64,000 nt of DNA from Candidatus Woesearchaeota archaeon (GCA_018653365.1 JABIAG010000003.1:158830-222829); one strand, 5' to 3'. Positions 9,693 to 19,410 are shown, counted from the stretch's first letter. Notes: a model not told the origin generated them from the sequence alone. A program made the numbers and translations.

Positions 9693-10826
9693 TTAGTTCA
9701 ATGCTTCTTTTGTTAGGCTTTTTGCTACTTCTTCTCGCATTTGTTCTTTTGGGGGAGTTTCTCCCTCGCTGATCATTTTTCTCATTAACGTGCCACTTAC
9801 CTCAAACTTATGTGCGTCGCCATGGGGACAGGTTTTTTCACTTACTATGTGGTCACATTTTTTACAGTAGTGTGGTCTCATTAATTTCACTATTGTTATT
9901 CCTAACTTTTTGATTTCATCAAATATTTTGTGAGCATCGTATGTTTCATAATACCCTCCAACTCCTGCGTGATCGCCTCCAACAATGAAGTGAGAACAAC
10001 CATGATTTTTTCGGATTATTGCGTGGAATACTGCCTCTCTTGGTCCAGCATATCTCATTTGGGTTGTTAGTGCAGCCAACATAACTCTGTCTGAGGGGTA
10101 GTAATGTTCTATTAACGCTTCATATCCTTTAATTATTGCTTCCGGGCTGTAGTCCCCTTGTTTTTTCCAACCTATTAGTGGATGAACTAAAAGTCCATCT
10201 ACAAGTTCTAGTGCAGTTTTTTGAAGGTATTCGTGTGCTCTGTGGGGCACGTTTCTTGTTTGAAACCCGACAATTGTGTTCCACCCTCTTTTTTTGAATT
10301 CTTCTCTTGTTTGTAGGGGGGTTAATTCATACATTTCAACAATGGGGTCTGGCATGTTGATTAGTTCTACTTTTCCTGCAATACATGTTGTTCCACCATC
10401 ATGAAACTTTTTCACACCTGGATGTTCCATCTCAGTTGTTCTGTATAATTCTTGTGCTGTTTCTTCAAAGTTAAATGAAAATTTTTCATCATAACTTAAA
10501 ATTCCAATAAGTTTTTGATTTTCATCATATAATGCAACTCTTTGTCCTTCCTCAAAGTCTGTAGTCTCGGGTACTTGTAGTACTACGGGCATTGTCCAGG
10601 CTAATCCACTCTTCAAGCATTTGTTTTCGACAATAGAGTCAAAATCTTCTTTCCCAACAAACCCTGTTAGTGGACTGAATGTTCCTGTTGCAATGTTTGC
10701 AATATCCAGTACTGTTTCTTTATTGACTGTTAGTTTAGGTAACGTTTTAGCTTCTTCAATTGCTTCTTCACGTTCGTCTCCTTCTAAAACTTGATTAATT
10801 AATGTTCCTCCATGGGGCTCAATCAT
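9693..10826 (-). CDS. sat: sulfate adenylyltransferase homolog (GRD loop reads GGD)
   Basis: PHGGTL, FSPLTGF, FQTRNVPHRAHE, MRYAGPREA..HA..RKN.GC.HFIVGGDHAGVG, CxxC...CPH. Confidence 0.92.
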   Translation of the reverse strand: MIEPHGGTLINQVLEGDEREEAIEEAKTLPKLTVNKETVLDIANIATGTFSPLTGFVGKEDFDSIVENKCLKSGLAWTMPVVLQVPETTDFEEGQRVALYDENQKLIGILSYDEKFSFNFEETAQELYRTTEMEHPGVKKFHDGGTTCIAGKVELINMPDPIVEMYELTPLQTREEFKKRGWNTIVGFQTRNVPHRAHEYLQKTALELVDGLLVHPLIGWKKQGDYSPEAIIKGYEALIEHYYPSDRVMLAALTTQMRYAGPREAVFHAIIRKNHGCSHFIVGGDHAGVGGYYETYDAHKIFDEIKKLGITIVKLMRPHYCKKCDHIVSEKTCPHGDAHKFEVSGTLMRKMISEGETPPKEQMREEVAKSLTKEALN

Positions 10827-12510
10827 TTTTGTTTTCCTCTGCAAAGAAGTTTAAAACTTCTTTGACGTTATGTACTTCAATAAGATTAGTCATTTTTCTA
10901 TGATTTGGAAATACTGCACCATTAATTAAGATAGTATCATCCAATGAAATTAATTCTTGTTTTAGACATAAGTTAATTGCCATGCTTTTTTGGTTTGTTG
11001 AAACACTATTGTCGAGCTTTTCTGTAATAAGTACGGGAAACACACCCCACAATAATTTGATTTGTCTTTGAACTTTTTTATCGTGTGTTATCGCAATTAT
11101 GGGTGCTTTTGGTTTGTATCTTGCAATCATTCTTGCACTATACCCGCCGGATGTAAGGGATATTATTTTATCAACATCTCCTTCATTTACAATTTGTTTT
11201 ATGGATCTTGTAATGCTATCCGTTAGGTTACGTATTTTAATGCCTTCTTCGATTCCGTTAAAGTCTGCTTCATCTTCAACTGTGCTGATTACTCTTGTTA
11301 GGACTCGTATAGTTTCTAAGGGGTATGCTCCAACTGCAGTTTCTGCTGAAAGCATTAGTGCACTTGCACCATCTAGTACGGCATTGGCAATATCTGAGAC
11401 TTCGGATTTCTTTGGAACCGAGTTTTCAATCATAGAATCTAGTAATTGAGTTGCGATAATGATTGGTTTCCCTTGATTATTGCATTCGTTAATTATCTTT
11501 TTTTGAACTTTGGGTATTGTTTCTGGACTTGTTTCGCCCCCCAAGTCTCCTCTATCAATCATGATTCCGTAAGATTCTTCAATTATTTCTTTATAATTAT
11601 CTACGCCTCGTTGAGTTTCAATTTTGGCAATTACTTTAAGGTTATCTTCACCGATTGCGTTATTTATTTTTGTGATATGTCCTCTATTGTTAGTAAATGA
11701 AACTCCAATAAAGTCAAGATCGTTTTTTATTGCAAAGTTGATAAATTCCAGGTCTTTTTTTGTTAGTTCTTCATATTCTAATTGTAAGTCTGGCATGTGA
11801 AATCCTTTTCTGCTTTTGATAACGCCATCATTTAAAACCTCACAAATAATCAATTTGTTTTTAATTTCTTTAACTTTAAATCCTAAGTTTCCATCGTCAA
11901 TCATTATTTTGTTTGTGGGTTTTAGAATTTTGTGTATGTTAGTATAATTTACGGGTAGGGCCTCTTTAAAATTATCTTTGAAGTCAATATCTATGAAGCT
12001 AATCTCTTCTCCTTTTTTGATTTCAAGGTCTTGGGGTAGGTCTCCAAGACGAATTTTGGATCCTGGCATGTCTATTAGTATTGGGACATCTTGGGATGCA
12101 GTTCGTATGAGTTTGATTGCTTTTTCATGATCTTCAAAATCGCCATGCGATCCATTTATTCTGGCTACGTTCATTCCCTCATTTAACATTTGTTTAATTA
12201 TAAGGGGGTCTGCACAAGCAGGTCCTATTGTTCCAATTATCTTTGTTTTTTTGAAGTTATTTTTATCATTTAATGTTTTTAATTCAGAAAACATTGCATC
12301 TTTTGATGGATGCATTTGATTTAATTTGTATACTATTGAATTACCAAGCTTTTTGGCAATTAAAACTTTTTGTGATTTTAACTCTTGCATTATCTTATGA
12401 GCACTTCCCACACTTATGTTTAAGAGTCTTGCAATTTGGTTTACATTGACTGCGTGTTCTTTATTCTTATCGAAAAATTCTAAAATTTTTTTTTGGTTTT
12501 TTGTGATCAT
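10819..12510 (-). CDS. pyruvate-kinase-like protein with N-terminal winged-helix domain
   Basis: N-terminal VNVNQIARLLNISVGSAHKIMQEL (HTH); PK motifs KTKIIGTIGPA, ARIN.SHG, IAKIET, MIDRGDL, ATQLLDSM, MLSAETAVG.YP. Confidence 0.88.
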   Translation of the reverse strand: MITKNQKKILEFFDKNKEHAVNVNQIARLLNISVGSAHKIMQELKSQKVLIAKKLGNSIVYKLNQMHPSKDAMFSELKTLNDKNNFKKTKIIGTIGPACADPLIIKQMLNEGMNVARINGSHGDFEDHEKAIKLIRTASQDVPILIDMPGSKIRLGDLPQDLEIKKGEEISFIDIDFKDNFKEALPVNYTNIHKILKPTNKIMIDDGNLGFKVKEIKNKLIICEVLNDGVIKSRKGFHMPDLQLEYEELTKKDLEFINFAIKNDLDFIGVSFTNNRGHITKINNAIGEDNLKVIAKIETQRGVDNYKEIIEESYGIMIDRGDLGGETSPETIPKVQKKIINECNNQGKPIIIATQLLDSMIENSVPKKSEVSDIANAVLDGASALMLSAETAVGAYPLETIRVLTRVISTVEDEADFNGIEEGIKIRNLTDSITRSIKQIVNEGDVDKIISLTSGGYSARMIARYKPKAPIIAITHDKKVQRQIKLLWGVFPVLITEKLDNSVSTNQKSMAINLCLKQELISLDDTILINGAVFPNHRKMTNLIEVHNVKEVLNFFAEENKND

Positions 12511-12528
12511 TTTCAAATTACCTCACAT

Positions 12529-12696
12529 AAATGAATGCTTTTATCTAAAAATGAATGCTTTATTTATAAAGATTTCCTTTAGATCAAACATTCTTTATTC
12601 ATTTTTAAGAAAACTCTTTATGGGGCGGTCCATTCTTTGCTTAAAATGAATCGGTTCTATCTTTGGGGGAGTTCTCTGTTTTAAGAAAAAATGAAT
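12529..12696. promoter_or_regulatory. divergent promoter region with five AAATGAAT boxes
   Basis: AAATGAATGCTTT at 12529 and 12549 (20-bp period), an inverted copy ~12597-12604, further copies ~12644 and ~12689; TATA-like TTTATAAA at 12563 and TTTAAATA at ~12704. Confidence 0.55.
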
Positions 12697-12733
12697 CAAT
12701 ACCTTTAAATAACACTTTCCTCTTTTTTTTGTT

Positions 12734-13465
12734 ATGAAAATCTCAAATGCAGAGTTCAAAGAAAAGTGTTGGAGAGATTTGGATAAGATGACCTTCAGAT
12801 CTAAACTATTGCGTGTTTTATCTTTGCCAATAACAAAAGTCTTACTTTATTTTCCTGTTACTCCAAATCAAGTCACTTTTTTTAATATTCTTCTTAACTT
12901 TTTACGGTTATGGCTTTTTGCTACTGGTAATGCAGTTAACATTTTAATTGGAGCACTATTGTTAATTTTCAGTGAAGTTCTTGATCGTGTTGATGGGGGA
13001 ATCGCAAGGTGTAAGAACATTAAGTCCATGAGGGGTAGTTTTTTTGATGATTCTTTTCATGATTTTTTATTTTTAACTACATTTATTGGTATTGGTATTG
13101 GGGTTTTTGTTAACACAGGTAATTTAATCTATCTTTATTCTGGTTTTATCGTGGGAATATTATTTGTTCTTGCTCAGAACTTGTTTGCTCATAGAAAGAA
13201 CATTTTATACAAGAAGTCTTCAGACCCAAAAAAGTATATTTATCGTAAGCTTTTTCCGAAACGTGGATTAATTGATCATATCAAACAAGTAATTTATTCT
13301 ATCTTTCTTTATTTAACTTATATTCTTGTTGTGATGGCCGTGTTGAACTTATGGTTTAATATATTGCATTATTATATATTATTTTATGCGGCGTATTCTA
13401 TCTTCTACTTTTGTGTTAATTTTTACTACTTATCTAGTTTTAAAGAAGATAAACGAGAAAACTAA
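12734..13465 (+). CDS. CDP-alcohol phosphotransferase family protein (His at last motif position)
   Basis: TPNQVT, DRVDGGIAR...GSFFDDSFH; shares GIG.GVF.NTGN.IY with 7831..8589. Confidence 0.85.
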   Translation: MKISNAEFKEKCWRDLDKMTFRSKLLRVLSLPITKVLLYFPVTPNQVTFFNILLNFLRLWLFATGNAVNILIGALLLIFSEVLDRVDGGIARCKNIKSMRGSFFDDSFHDFLFLTTFIGIGIGVFVNTGNLIYLYSGFIVGILFVLAQNLFAHRKNILYKKSSDPKKYIYRKLFPKRGLIDHIKQVIYSIFLYLTYILVVMAVLNLWFNILHYYILFYAAYSIFYFCVNFYYLSSFKEDKREN

Positions 13466-14226
13466 TCGTTCTTTTTTTCATAAAAGTTGGCTTCCGAATC
13501 TTTTTTTAGTGTTTTTATTTGTAATGCAAAGAAAACAATAAATAAGATTGCTAATAATGATATTCCGAGAATAAATGCCCAATGAATAAGTTTTAATCCA
13601 AAGAATACTGCCAGAATCGGCGCGATAAAGAAGATTATTGCATTTGTTTCTACATCAGTATATCCCAATCTAATTCTTCTTTTTGAGAGGAATACTTTTA
13701 CTTTTGAGATTAAAGACCTTTCATTTAGGGTTACTTTTTTCATTAGCACTTTATTACCATTAATTACGTACGAGCGTAAATACAATACATGGATCAGTAG
13801 TACAATGATTACATAAATTCCTGACAATGCAAGGGTTAGTAGGTTTCCGGTTGCAGAATAAACATAATACCCTAATGATAGAGATATTCCAATGATCATT
13901 AACAGGTCTACAAAAGCATCCGTGATTCTCCCAACGTTAGATTTCAGGTTTTTTAGTTGAGCAACTCTTCCATCTACAAGATCAAATATTAAAAATATTT
14001 GAGATAGTATTGCTCCAGTAATTAAATGCCCTGTTGCGAATGCAAGTGCGGATGTTAGCGCGAATAAAATAAAACTTAGAACTGTTATGTTTGTAGGGGT
14101 TAGTTTTGTGAAGTTTGCCATAAACCAAATCACTGGCTTGGCGAGGTGCTCAATAAGTAAGACATCCCAGATATCATTTTCTTTTTTAAGTCCTTTTTCA
14201 TTTATTTCTTTGAATGTGTATTTCAT
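13462..14226 (-). CDS. CDP-alcohol phosphotransferase family protein (near-canonical motif)
   Basis: TPTNIT, DLVDGRVAQ...GRITDAFVD. Confidence 0.85.
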   Translation of the reverse strand: MKYTFKEINEKGLKKENDIWDVLLIEHLAKPVIWFMANFTKLTPTNITVLSFILFALTSALAFATGHLITGAILSQIFLIFDLVDGRVAQLKNLKSNVGRITDAFVDLLMIIGISLSLGYYVYSATGNLLTLALSGIYVIIVLLIHVLYLRSYVINGNKVLMKKVTLNERSLISKVKVFLSKRRIRLGYTDVETNAIIFFIAPILAVFFGLKLIHWAFILGISLLAILFIVFFALQIKTLKKDSEANFYEKKND

Positions 14227-14243
14227 TTTTTTAATCACAACTT

Positions 14244-15401
14244 TTATTTTTTATAAACTTTTGCTATCTCTTTAAGAAAAATTTCCACTAATTTGGCATT
14301 GTTGAACTTAGTATTTATTCTGCTCGTATTTTTGGCTAGTTGTTCTTGGAATTTGTTATCTTGCATTTTTTCTATTGCGTTATTAAATGCTTTTGCTGTT
14401 GGTTCAACCACTAGTCCATTTTTGTTATTTTCAACTATTTCTTTTAATCCCCCTTGGTTTGAGACTATTGCTGGCGTTCCAACCATTAGTGATTCTACTG
14501 CGATCATCCCTAGGGGTTCTTCCCAGATTGAAGGCACTAGTAAAGCAGTTGCATTTTTCATTGCACCTAATGTTTTTTCATGCGTTAAATAACCTAAGAA
14601 CGTAATATTTGAAGGGAATCTTTTTTTAGTTTTTTCATCCACCCATCCTGCAACTGTAAATCGTGTGTTAGGTAGTCTTTTAGCTACTTCTATCAATATT
14701 TCTGCACCTTTGTATGTATTTAACTTACCAACAAATAAGAATGAATTTTTAGCTTTAGAGACAACTTCAGGGGTTGCATCAACTCGATATTCTGGAAAAA
14801 TGTTGTAAATGTTATGTGTGGGTATGTTTGGGATGTAAGGTTTAAGTTTCTTTAGTGTATGTTCACTGTTAAAGAAAGCGCTTTTGCTTTTACGTAAGCT
14901 TTTGAGTGCTTGTTTTGTTCGCCAGGTTAAGTATATTGCAATAATTGGAGATAGTATTCTTATAATGCCTTTATTTTCATAAGAGATACTTTTTAAGATG
15001 TTTACATAATTACTTTTTTCATAACTTCTTTTTGTTTTAAGGTCAAATCTGGTTCCTTTATAGCATATTGGCCAGTAATCATGTATTATTGTTACAAAAG
15101 GAGTTCTAATTTTTTTACATGCGAGTGCAGATTTGAGGTATGTTGCAACAACTAATCTAATGTTATGTTCTTTAACTAGTTTTTCTATCTCTTTTCTAAG
15201 TGATAAATATGCAAATTCTTTTGGTAGCTTAGTACACGTAGTGTGAATTTTGAATTCATTAAACTCTTTTTCTTCTGCACAGGGTTTTAATATGTGTATT
15301 GAGTGACCTTTTTTCTTTAGTTCTTTTGCTAAGTTATACGTTGCCCATCCGGCACCTCCTGCATGTGGGGGAAAAGAATCAGTTACAAACAATATGTTCA
15401 T
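14244..15401 (-). CDS. glycosyltransferase family 4
   Basis: FPPHAGGA, FVGKL...KG, PSIWEEPLGM..VES. Confidence 0.9.
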   Translation of the reverse strand: MNILFVTDSFPPHAGGAGWATYNLAKELKKKGHSIHILKPCAEEKEFNEFKIHTTCTKLPKEFAYLSLRKEIEKLVKEHNIRLVVATYLKSALACKKIRTPFVTIIHDYWPICYKGTRFDLKTKRSYEKSNYVNILKSISYENKGIIRILSPIIAIYLTWRTKQALKSLRKSKSAFFNSEHTLKKLKPYIPNIPTHNIYNIFPEYRVDATPEVVSKAKNSFLFVGKLNTYKGAEILIEVAKRLPNTRFTVAGWVDEKTKKRFPSNITFLGYLTHEKTLGAMKNATALLVPSIWEEPLGMIAVESLMVGTPAIVSNQGGLKEIVENNKNGLVVEPTAKAFNNAIEKMQDNKFQEQLAKNTSRINTKFNNAKLVEIFLKEIAKVYKK

Positions 15402-16450
15402 TTGTATGCCTCTGAGTATTTTTTTGCTACAACAGTCCAAGAATAATTTTTTATTATGTATTCTCTGCATTTTTTTCTTAATCCTTCTGCTTTTTTTTGC
15501 ATTTCTTTTAATGCGTTTACTAATTCAGCTAAGCTTCCTGGTTTAACCTTTATTCCCACTGTGTTGTCTATTACATCTCTCATTCCACCAATGTTGCTTC
15601 CGATAACAGGGGTTCCACAACTTAATGCTTCTAGTGTAACAAATCCAAATGGTTCTTTTAGTGAAGGAATAACTAGGACGTCTGCTTCAGAATAGTAATT
15701 GGGTAATTCAGATTGTGGTTTTTTGCCTAAGAATTCACAGTTAATCTTCGAGTCATTAGCCAGTTTCTTTAATTGCATTTCTTTATCACCACTCCCAATG
15801 ATCTTAAGGCAGTAATCATAATTTAATTTAGAACAAGCAGTAATTAGTTTGTTAATACCTTTTTCTTTTGATAACCGTCCAACATATAGAATTCGTAACT
15901 TTTCTGACTTTGTATGTTTCTTTGGTGAAAATAGTTCCGTATCAACACCATTACTGATAACTTTGATCTCTCTTTTTATTCCAAGCTTCTCTAGTTCGTT
16001 CTTTGCTTGGGTTGTTAGGGTTGTTACAGTTTTAGCATTTCTTAAGAGCTTTTTCCCATATAGGTGATATGCTATTTTGATTATTGTCGGTATCTTCTCT
16101 ATCCTTTGGGTTAATACTAAATTTTTGAGTTTTCTTAATTGCCATCCCATTGGCATAAACCATTCTTGTAAATGTATTGCATCAAAGTTTTCTTTTTCAA
16201 TCTTTTTTTTCAATCCCCTTAATTTTAACATGCCTTTTCTTTTTATGCCGCAACTATTTAGTCTAATCACTCTTACGTTTTTTAATTTACTTCCTTCAGT
16301 TATCTTTCTTACTTTTCCATATCGTGGTACAGAAAATTTACTAACATAAATTGTGATTTCATGACCTAATTTCGTTAAATTATCTGCTAGGTAATACTCA
16401 TTTCCTTTTTCTCTTTCATCATAAAATGCAGTTATTAGTGCAATCTTCAT
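15398..16450 (-). CDS. glycosyltransferase family 4
   Basis: NGVDTELF, YVGRLSKEKG, PSLKEPFG.V.LEA. Confidence 0.92.
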   Translation of the reverse strand: MKIALITAFYDEREKGNEYYLADNLTKLGHEITIYVSKFSVPRYGKVRKITEGSKLKNVRVIRLNSCGIKRKGMLKLRGLKKKIEKENFDAIHLQEWFMPMGWQLRKLKNLVLTQRIEKIPTIIKIAYHLYGKKLLRNAKTVTTLTTQAKNELEKLGIKREIKVISNGVDTELFSPKKHTKSEKLRILYVGRLSKEKGINKLITACSKLNYDYCLKIIGSGDKEMQLKKLANDSKINCEFLGKKPQSELPNYYSEADVLVIPSLKEPFGFVTLEALSCGTPVIGSNIGGMRDVIDNTVGIKVKPGSLAELVNALKEMQKKAEGLRKKCREYIIKNYSWTVVAKKYSEAYK

Positions 16451-17175
16451 TTTTTCTCCATTATAACATACCAACCATTAACCATTCTGTGTGGCAGTAC
16501 ATTAGCTATTTTTTGATCAACCTTTTCCAGCAGTCTTCTTAGAGGTGTATGGAAGAATAGTTGGTTTATTGGAAACGTTCCTAATATGAAGCAATGGTTT
16601 TTTATCTTTCTTATTTTTAGTCCTGCCTTATTTGCTAATTTTTTTAGTTGTTTTATTCTGAACTTTTGTATGTGTGGGTTATCATAATTTGCTGTGAACA
16701 TACCTTCGTTTGTTTTTGTTTTACTTTTTAGTTTTGTTGTTTTTCTTGTTCGAGTTATTAATCTTCCAATAATTTCGCTTGATCCATATCCATTTGGGAC
16801 TGTGATGATTGCCCACTTTTTTGTAACTCTTGAAATTTCTTTTAACATACTTTCAGGATTTTGTAAATGTTCTAGTACTTGAATGTTTAACACCACATCA
16901 TATTTTTCTTTTTCTTCTTTTATGTCTTTTACTTCAAAACTTACATTGGGTAGTTTGTTTCTTTTTTTTGCAATTTCGATTGATGCTTTATCTACGTCTA
17001 TGCCTCTTATTTTTTTAGCAACTAGTCCTGTTGGAATTGTAATTGATCCCGTTCCACAACCAACATCTAAAATGCTGGCATTATTAATCTTTTTTATGAA
17101 ATCAGTTACGAACTTTAACCTATTTATTCCTCCTACATCGTCTTGTACATTGGTATGTTTTAGAAAAGCGTTCAT
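16447..17175 (-). CDS. class I SAM-dependent methyltransferase
   Basis: ILDVGCGTG, VLEHL..P, ITVPN. Confidence 0.9.
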   Translation of the reverse strand: MNAFLKHTNVQDDVGGINRLKFVTDFIKKINNASILDVGCGTGSITIPTGLVAKKIRGIDVDKASIEIAKKRNKLPNVSFEVKDIKEEKEKYDVVLNIQVLEHLQNPESMLKEISRVTKKWAIITVPNGYGSSEIIGRLITRTRKTTKLKSKTKTNEGMFTANYDNPHIQKFRIKQLKKLANKAGLKIRKIKNHCFILGTFPINQLFFHTPLRRLLEKVDQKIANVLPHRMVNGWYVIMEKK

Positions 17176-18281
17176 TTTACCTCTTTTAATACTTCTTCTA
17201 CCTTTATTTTTTTCATACACTTTCGTTTTAGTTTTTGATTGCAGTGATCGTAAAGTCCACAAGGGCTACATTCTTCATGTTTGCTGATTACTGTGCAATT
17301 TTTGTATGCTTTCCATCTTTTAATGTTTGTGGGTCCCATCAATTCTATTGTTTTTGCTCCAACGATTGAAGCTAGATGCATTCCTCCGGAATCGCATCCA
17401 ATTACATACTTTGCTTTTGTCATTAAAGCTCCAACTTCATTTAGATCTTTTCCAAGAAATTCAAGGGGTTTTGTTCGTGCATATTTCATTACACTTAATA
17501 CATTTTTATCTCCTTTTGCTCCTGATAGAATTACTTGATATTTCAAGTTTAGTTTATCAACAAGTTCGATCCATTTTTCTAATTCCCATTCTTTTGTCGG
17601 ATACCCTGCTGAAGGTAAAATAACAATGATTTCTTTTTCAACTTTTTCTAGTACTACTTCAAGTTTCTTATATTCTTCTTTTCCTATTTCAAGTTTATAT
17701 TTTGCATCGGTTCCACCAATTGCTTTGGCTAGTTCCAAGTTGTTTTCTACTTCGTGTTTATCAAGAAACTTAATTGGGTGGGTTAATAGATACTCTCCCC
17801 CAGTTATTCCATATCCTGCTCGTAATGGTGCTTTGCTTTTATAAACTAGTAAGAGTATGTTTCTCAGGTCCCCCCTTAAATCTATTGCCAAATCATATTG
17901 TGATTTTTTTAATTTTTTAATTAATTTAAAGTATGTTTTGATGTCATTCCAATCAAGTTTGAATCCATATCTTATCCAAGGAACATCATATTCGATTAAA
18001 TTGTCATAATCATAGTTATATTTCCATACTTCTTTGAATTTTGAATTGATTACTACATCAATTTGAGCTTTTGGGTATGCTTTTCTTATTGATTCTATTG
18101 CTGGAAAGCTGATTAATGTGTCTCCCAGATAGCCAAAGTCCACAATTAATATCTTTTTAATTTCACTAAGAGAAATGCTTCTCTTGTTTTCAAACAGTTT
18201 GCAAGCGGGGTGGATTGTTTTTAGTATTCCATCAACTATCGCAACGGCTTTTCCTCTTTTCTTATTTATTATCTTATTCAT
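17172..18281 (-). CDS. glycosyltransferase family 9 (heptosyltransferase-like)
   Basis: GYLGDTL...PAI..IR..YP.A.ID, HEVE, KEW....W, DSG.MHLA..VG..T..L.GPT. Confidence 0.88.
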   Translation of the reverse strand: MNKIINKKRGKAVAIVDGILKTIHPACKLFENKRSISLSEIKKILIVDFGYLGDTLISFPAIESIRKAYPKAQIDVVINSKFKEVWKYNYDYDNLIEYDVPWIRYGFKLDWNDIKTYFKLIKKLKKSQYDLAIDLRGDLRNILLLVYKSKAPLRAGYGITGGEYLLTHPIKFLDKHEVENNLELAKAIGGTDAKYKLEIGKEEYKKLEVVLEKVEKEIIVILPSAGYPTKEWELEKWIELVDKLNLKYQVILSGAKGDKNVLSVMKYARTKPLEFLGKDLNEVGALMTKAKYVIGCDSGGMHLASIVGAKTIELMGPTNIKRWKAYKNCTVISKHEECSPCGLYDHCNQKLKRKCMKKIKVEEVLKEVK

Positions 18282-19410
18282 TTAGTAACTCTCGGTAAAC
18301 TTTTTCATATTCTTCAATTATATCTTTCCATAAAAATGTTTTTGTGCCAAACTCAGTTAGTTTTCCCTGATAGACGTCAACAACCCCTTTAGTTATTGCA
18401 TTAGCGTTTCCCGGTTCGACTAGTTTGCCCTTGCCGTTTATTACTTCCGGTAGTGATCCCGCATTTGTTGCTACAACTGCTTTTCCTAAACTGCACGCTT
18501 CTACGCAAGTATATCCAAAGCCTTCTGCTAGTGAGGGTATAACAACACAATCTGCCATCATTACCTGGCTTGGTAGTTCTTCATACTTTGCAGGTTCTAA
18601 TATTATGATGTTTTCTTTAAGTTTGAGTTTTTCAATCATATTCATTAGTTTGTCATACTGTTTTGTATACGCTTTAGCTTTACTTAATCTTAGTACTAAT
18701 TTAACATTTTTTATTTCTTTTTTTATTTCTGGAAGCGCATTGATCAAATACTCAAAGCCTTTAGATGTACCGGGTCTTCCTGATGCGAAAAGAACATAAT
18801 TTGTCTCAATATTCAACTTTTTTCTCCAAAGACTTTTGTCATACTTTTTTGGGTCCCATGGAGCGTAATCCATACCATTGTGTATTGTCATAACTTTTTC
18901 TTTTGGGATATTTTTAACATTAAGTAGGTCTTTTTTTGTTGCGTTAGAAACACATATGTATTTGTCAAACTTTTGTTTGTATATTCCCTTTTCGAGCGTA
19001 TTATGGATCCAGATGGAAACTCCGCGTTTTTCAGTAACTAGATTCCATTTCCCTATCCATACTTCATGTACTGTTAAAATAACTTTCTTACCTGCTTTTT
19101 TGGCTCCAATTGAAGCGGGTCGACTTGCTGTGAATGTTGTAGTGTGTACTAAATCATAATTTTTGGCTTCTTGTGCAACTTTTCTTGTTGCTAGGAAGCT
19201 AAATAAGTATCTTGTCAGAATTTTTGGTACGTTTACACGTTCAATTTCAACTCCATTAAGGGTTTCTTTTTTTTGGGTTCCTGAAATTCTAGAAGTGATT
19301 ACTTTAACGTTATGTCCTCTTTTAACTAAACCTTCGCATAGGTTCTTGAATACAATTTCTACTCCTCCTATGTGGGGAAGGTAGTATTCCAATACAAACA
19401 GTATTTTCAT
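18274..19410 (-). CDS. glycosyltransferase family 4
   Basis: EYYLPHIGGVE, SKGFEYL, PSLAEGFG...VEA. Confidence 0.92.
   Translation of the reverse strand: MKILFVLEYYLPHIGGVEIVFKNLCEGLVKRGHNVKVITSRISGTQKKETLNGVEIERVNVPKILTRYLFSFLATRKVAQEAKNYDLVHTTTFTASRPASIGAKKAGKKVILTVHEVWIGKWNLVTEKRGVSIWIHNTLEKGIYKQKFDKYICVSNATKKDLLNVKNIPKEKVMTIHNGMDYAPWDPKKYDKSLWRKKLNIETNYVLFASGRPGTSKGFEYLINALPEIKKEIKNVKLVLRLSKAKAYTKQYDKLMNMIEKLKLKENIIILEPAKYEELPSQVMMADCVVIPSLAEGFGYTCVEACSLGKAVVATNAGSLPEVINGKGKLVEPGNANAITKGVVDVYQGKLTEFGTKTFLWKDIIEEYEKVYRELLNE

Noticed and set aside
8627-10826. sat/cysC as assimilatory or dissimilatory sulfate reduction
   Set aside because: No APS/PAPS reductase or sulfite reductase in the window, and the context is glycosylation.
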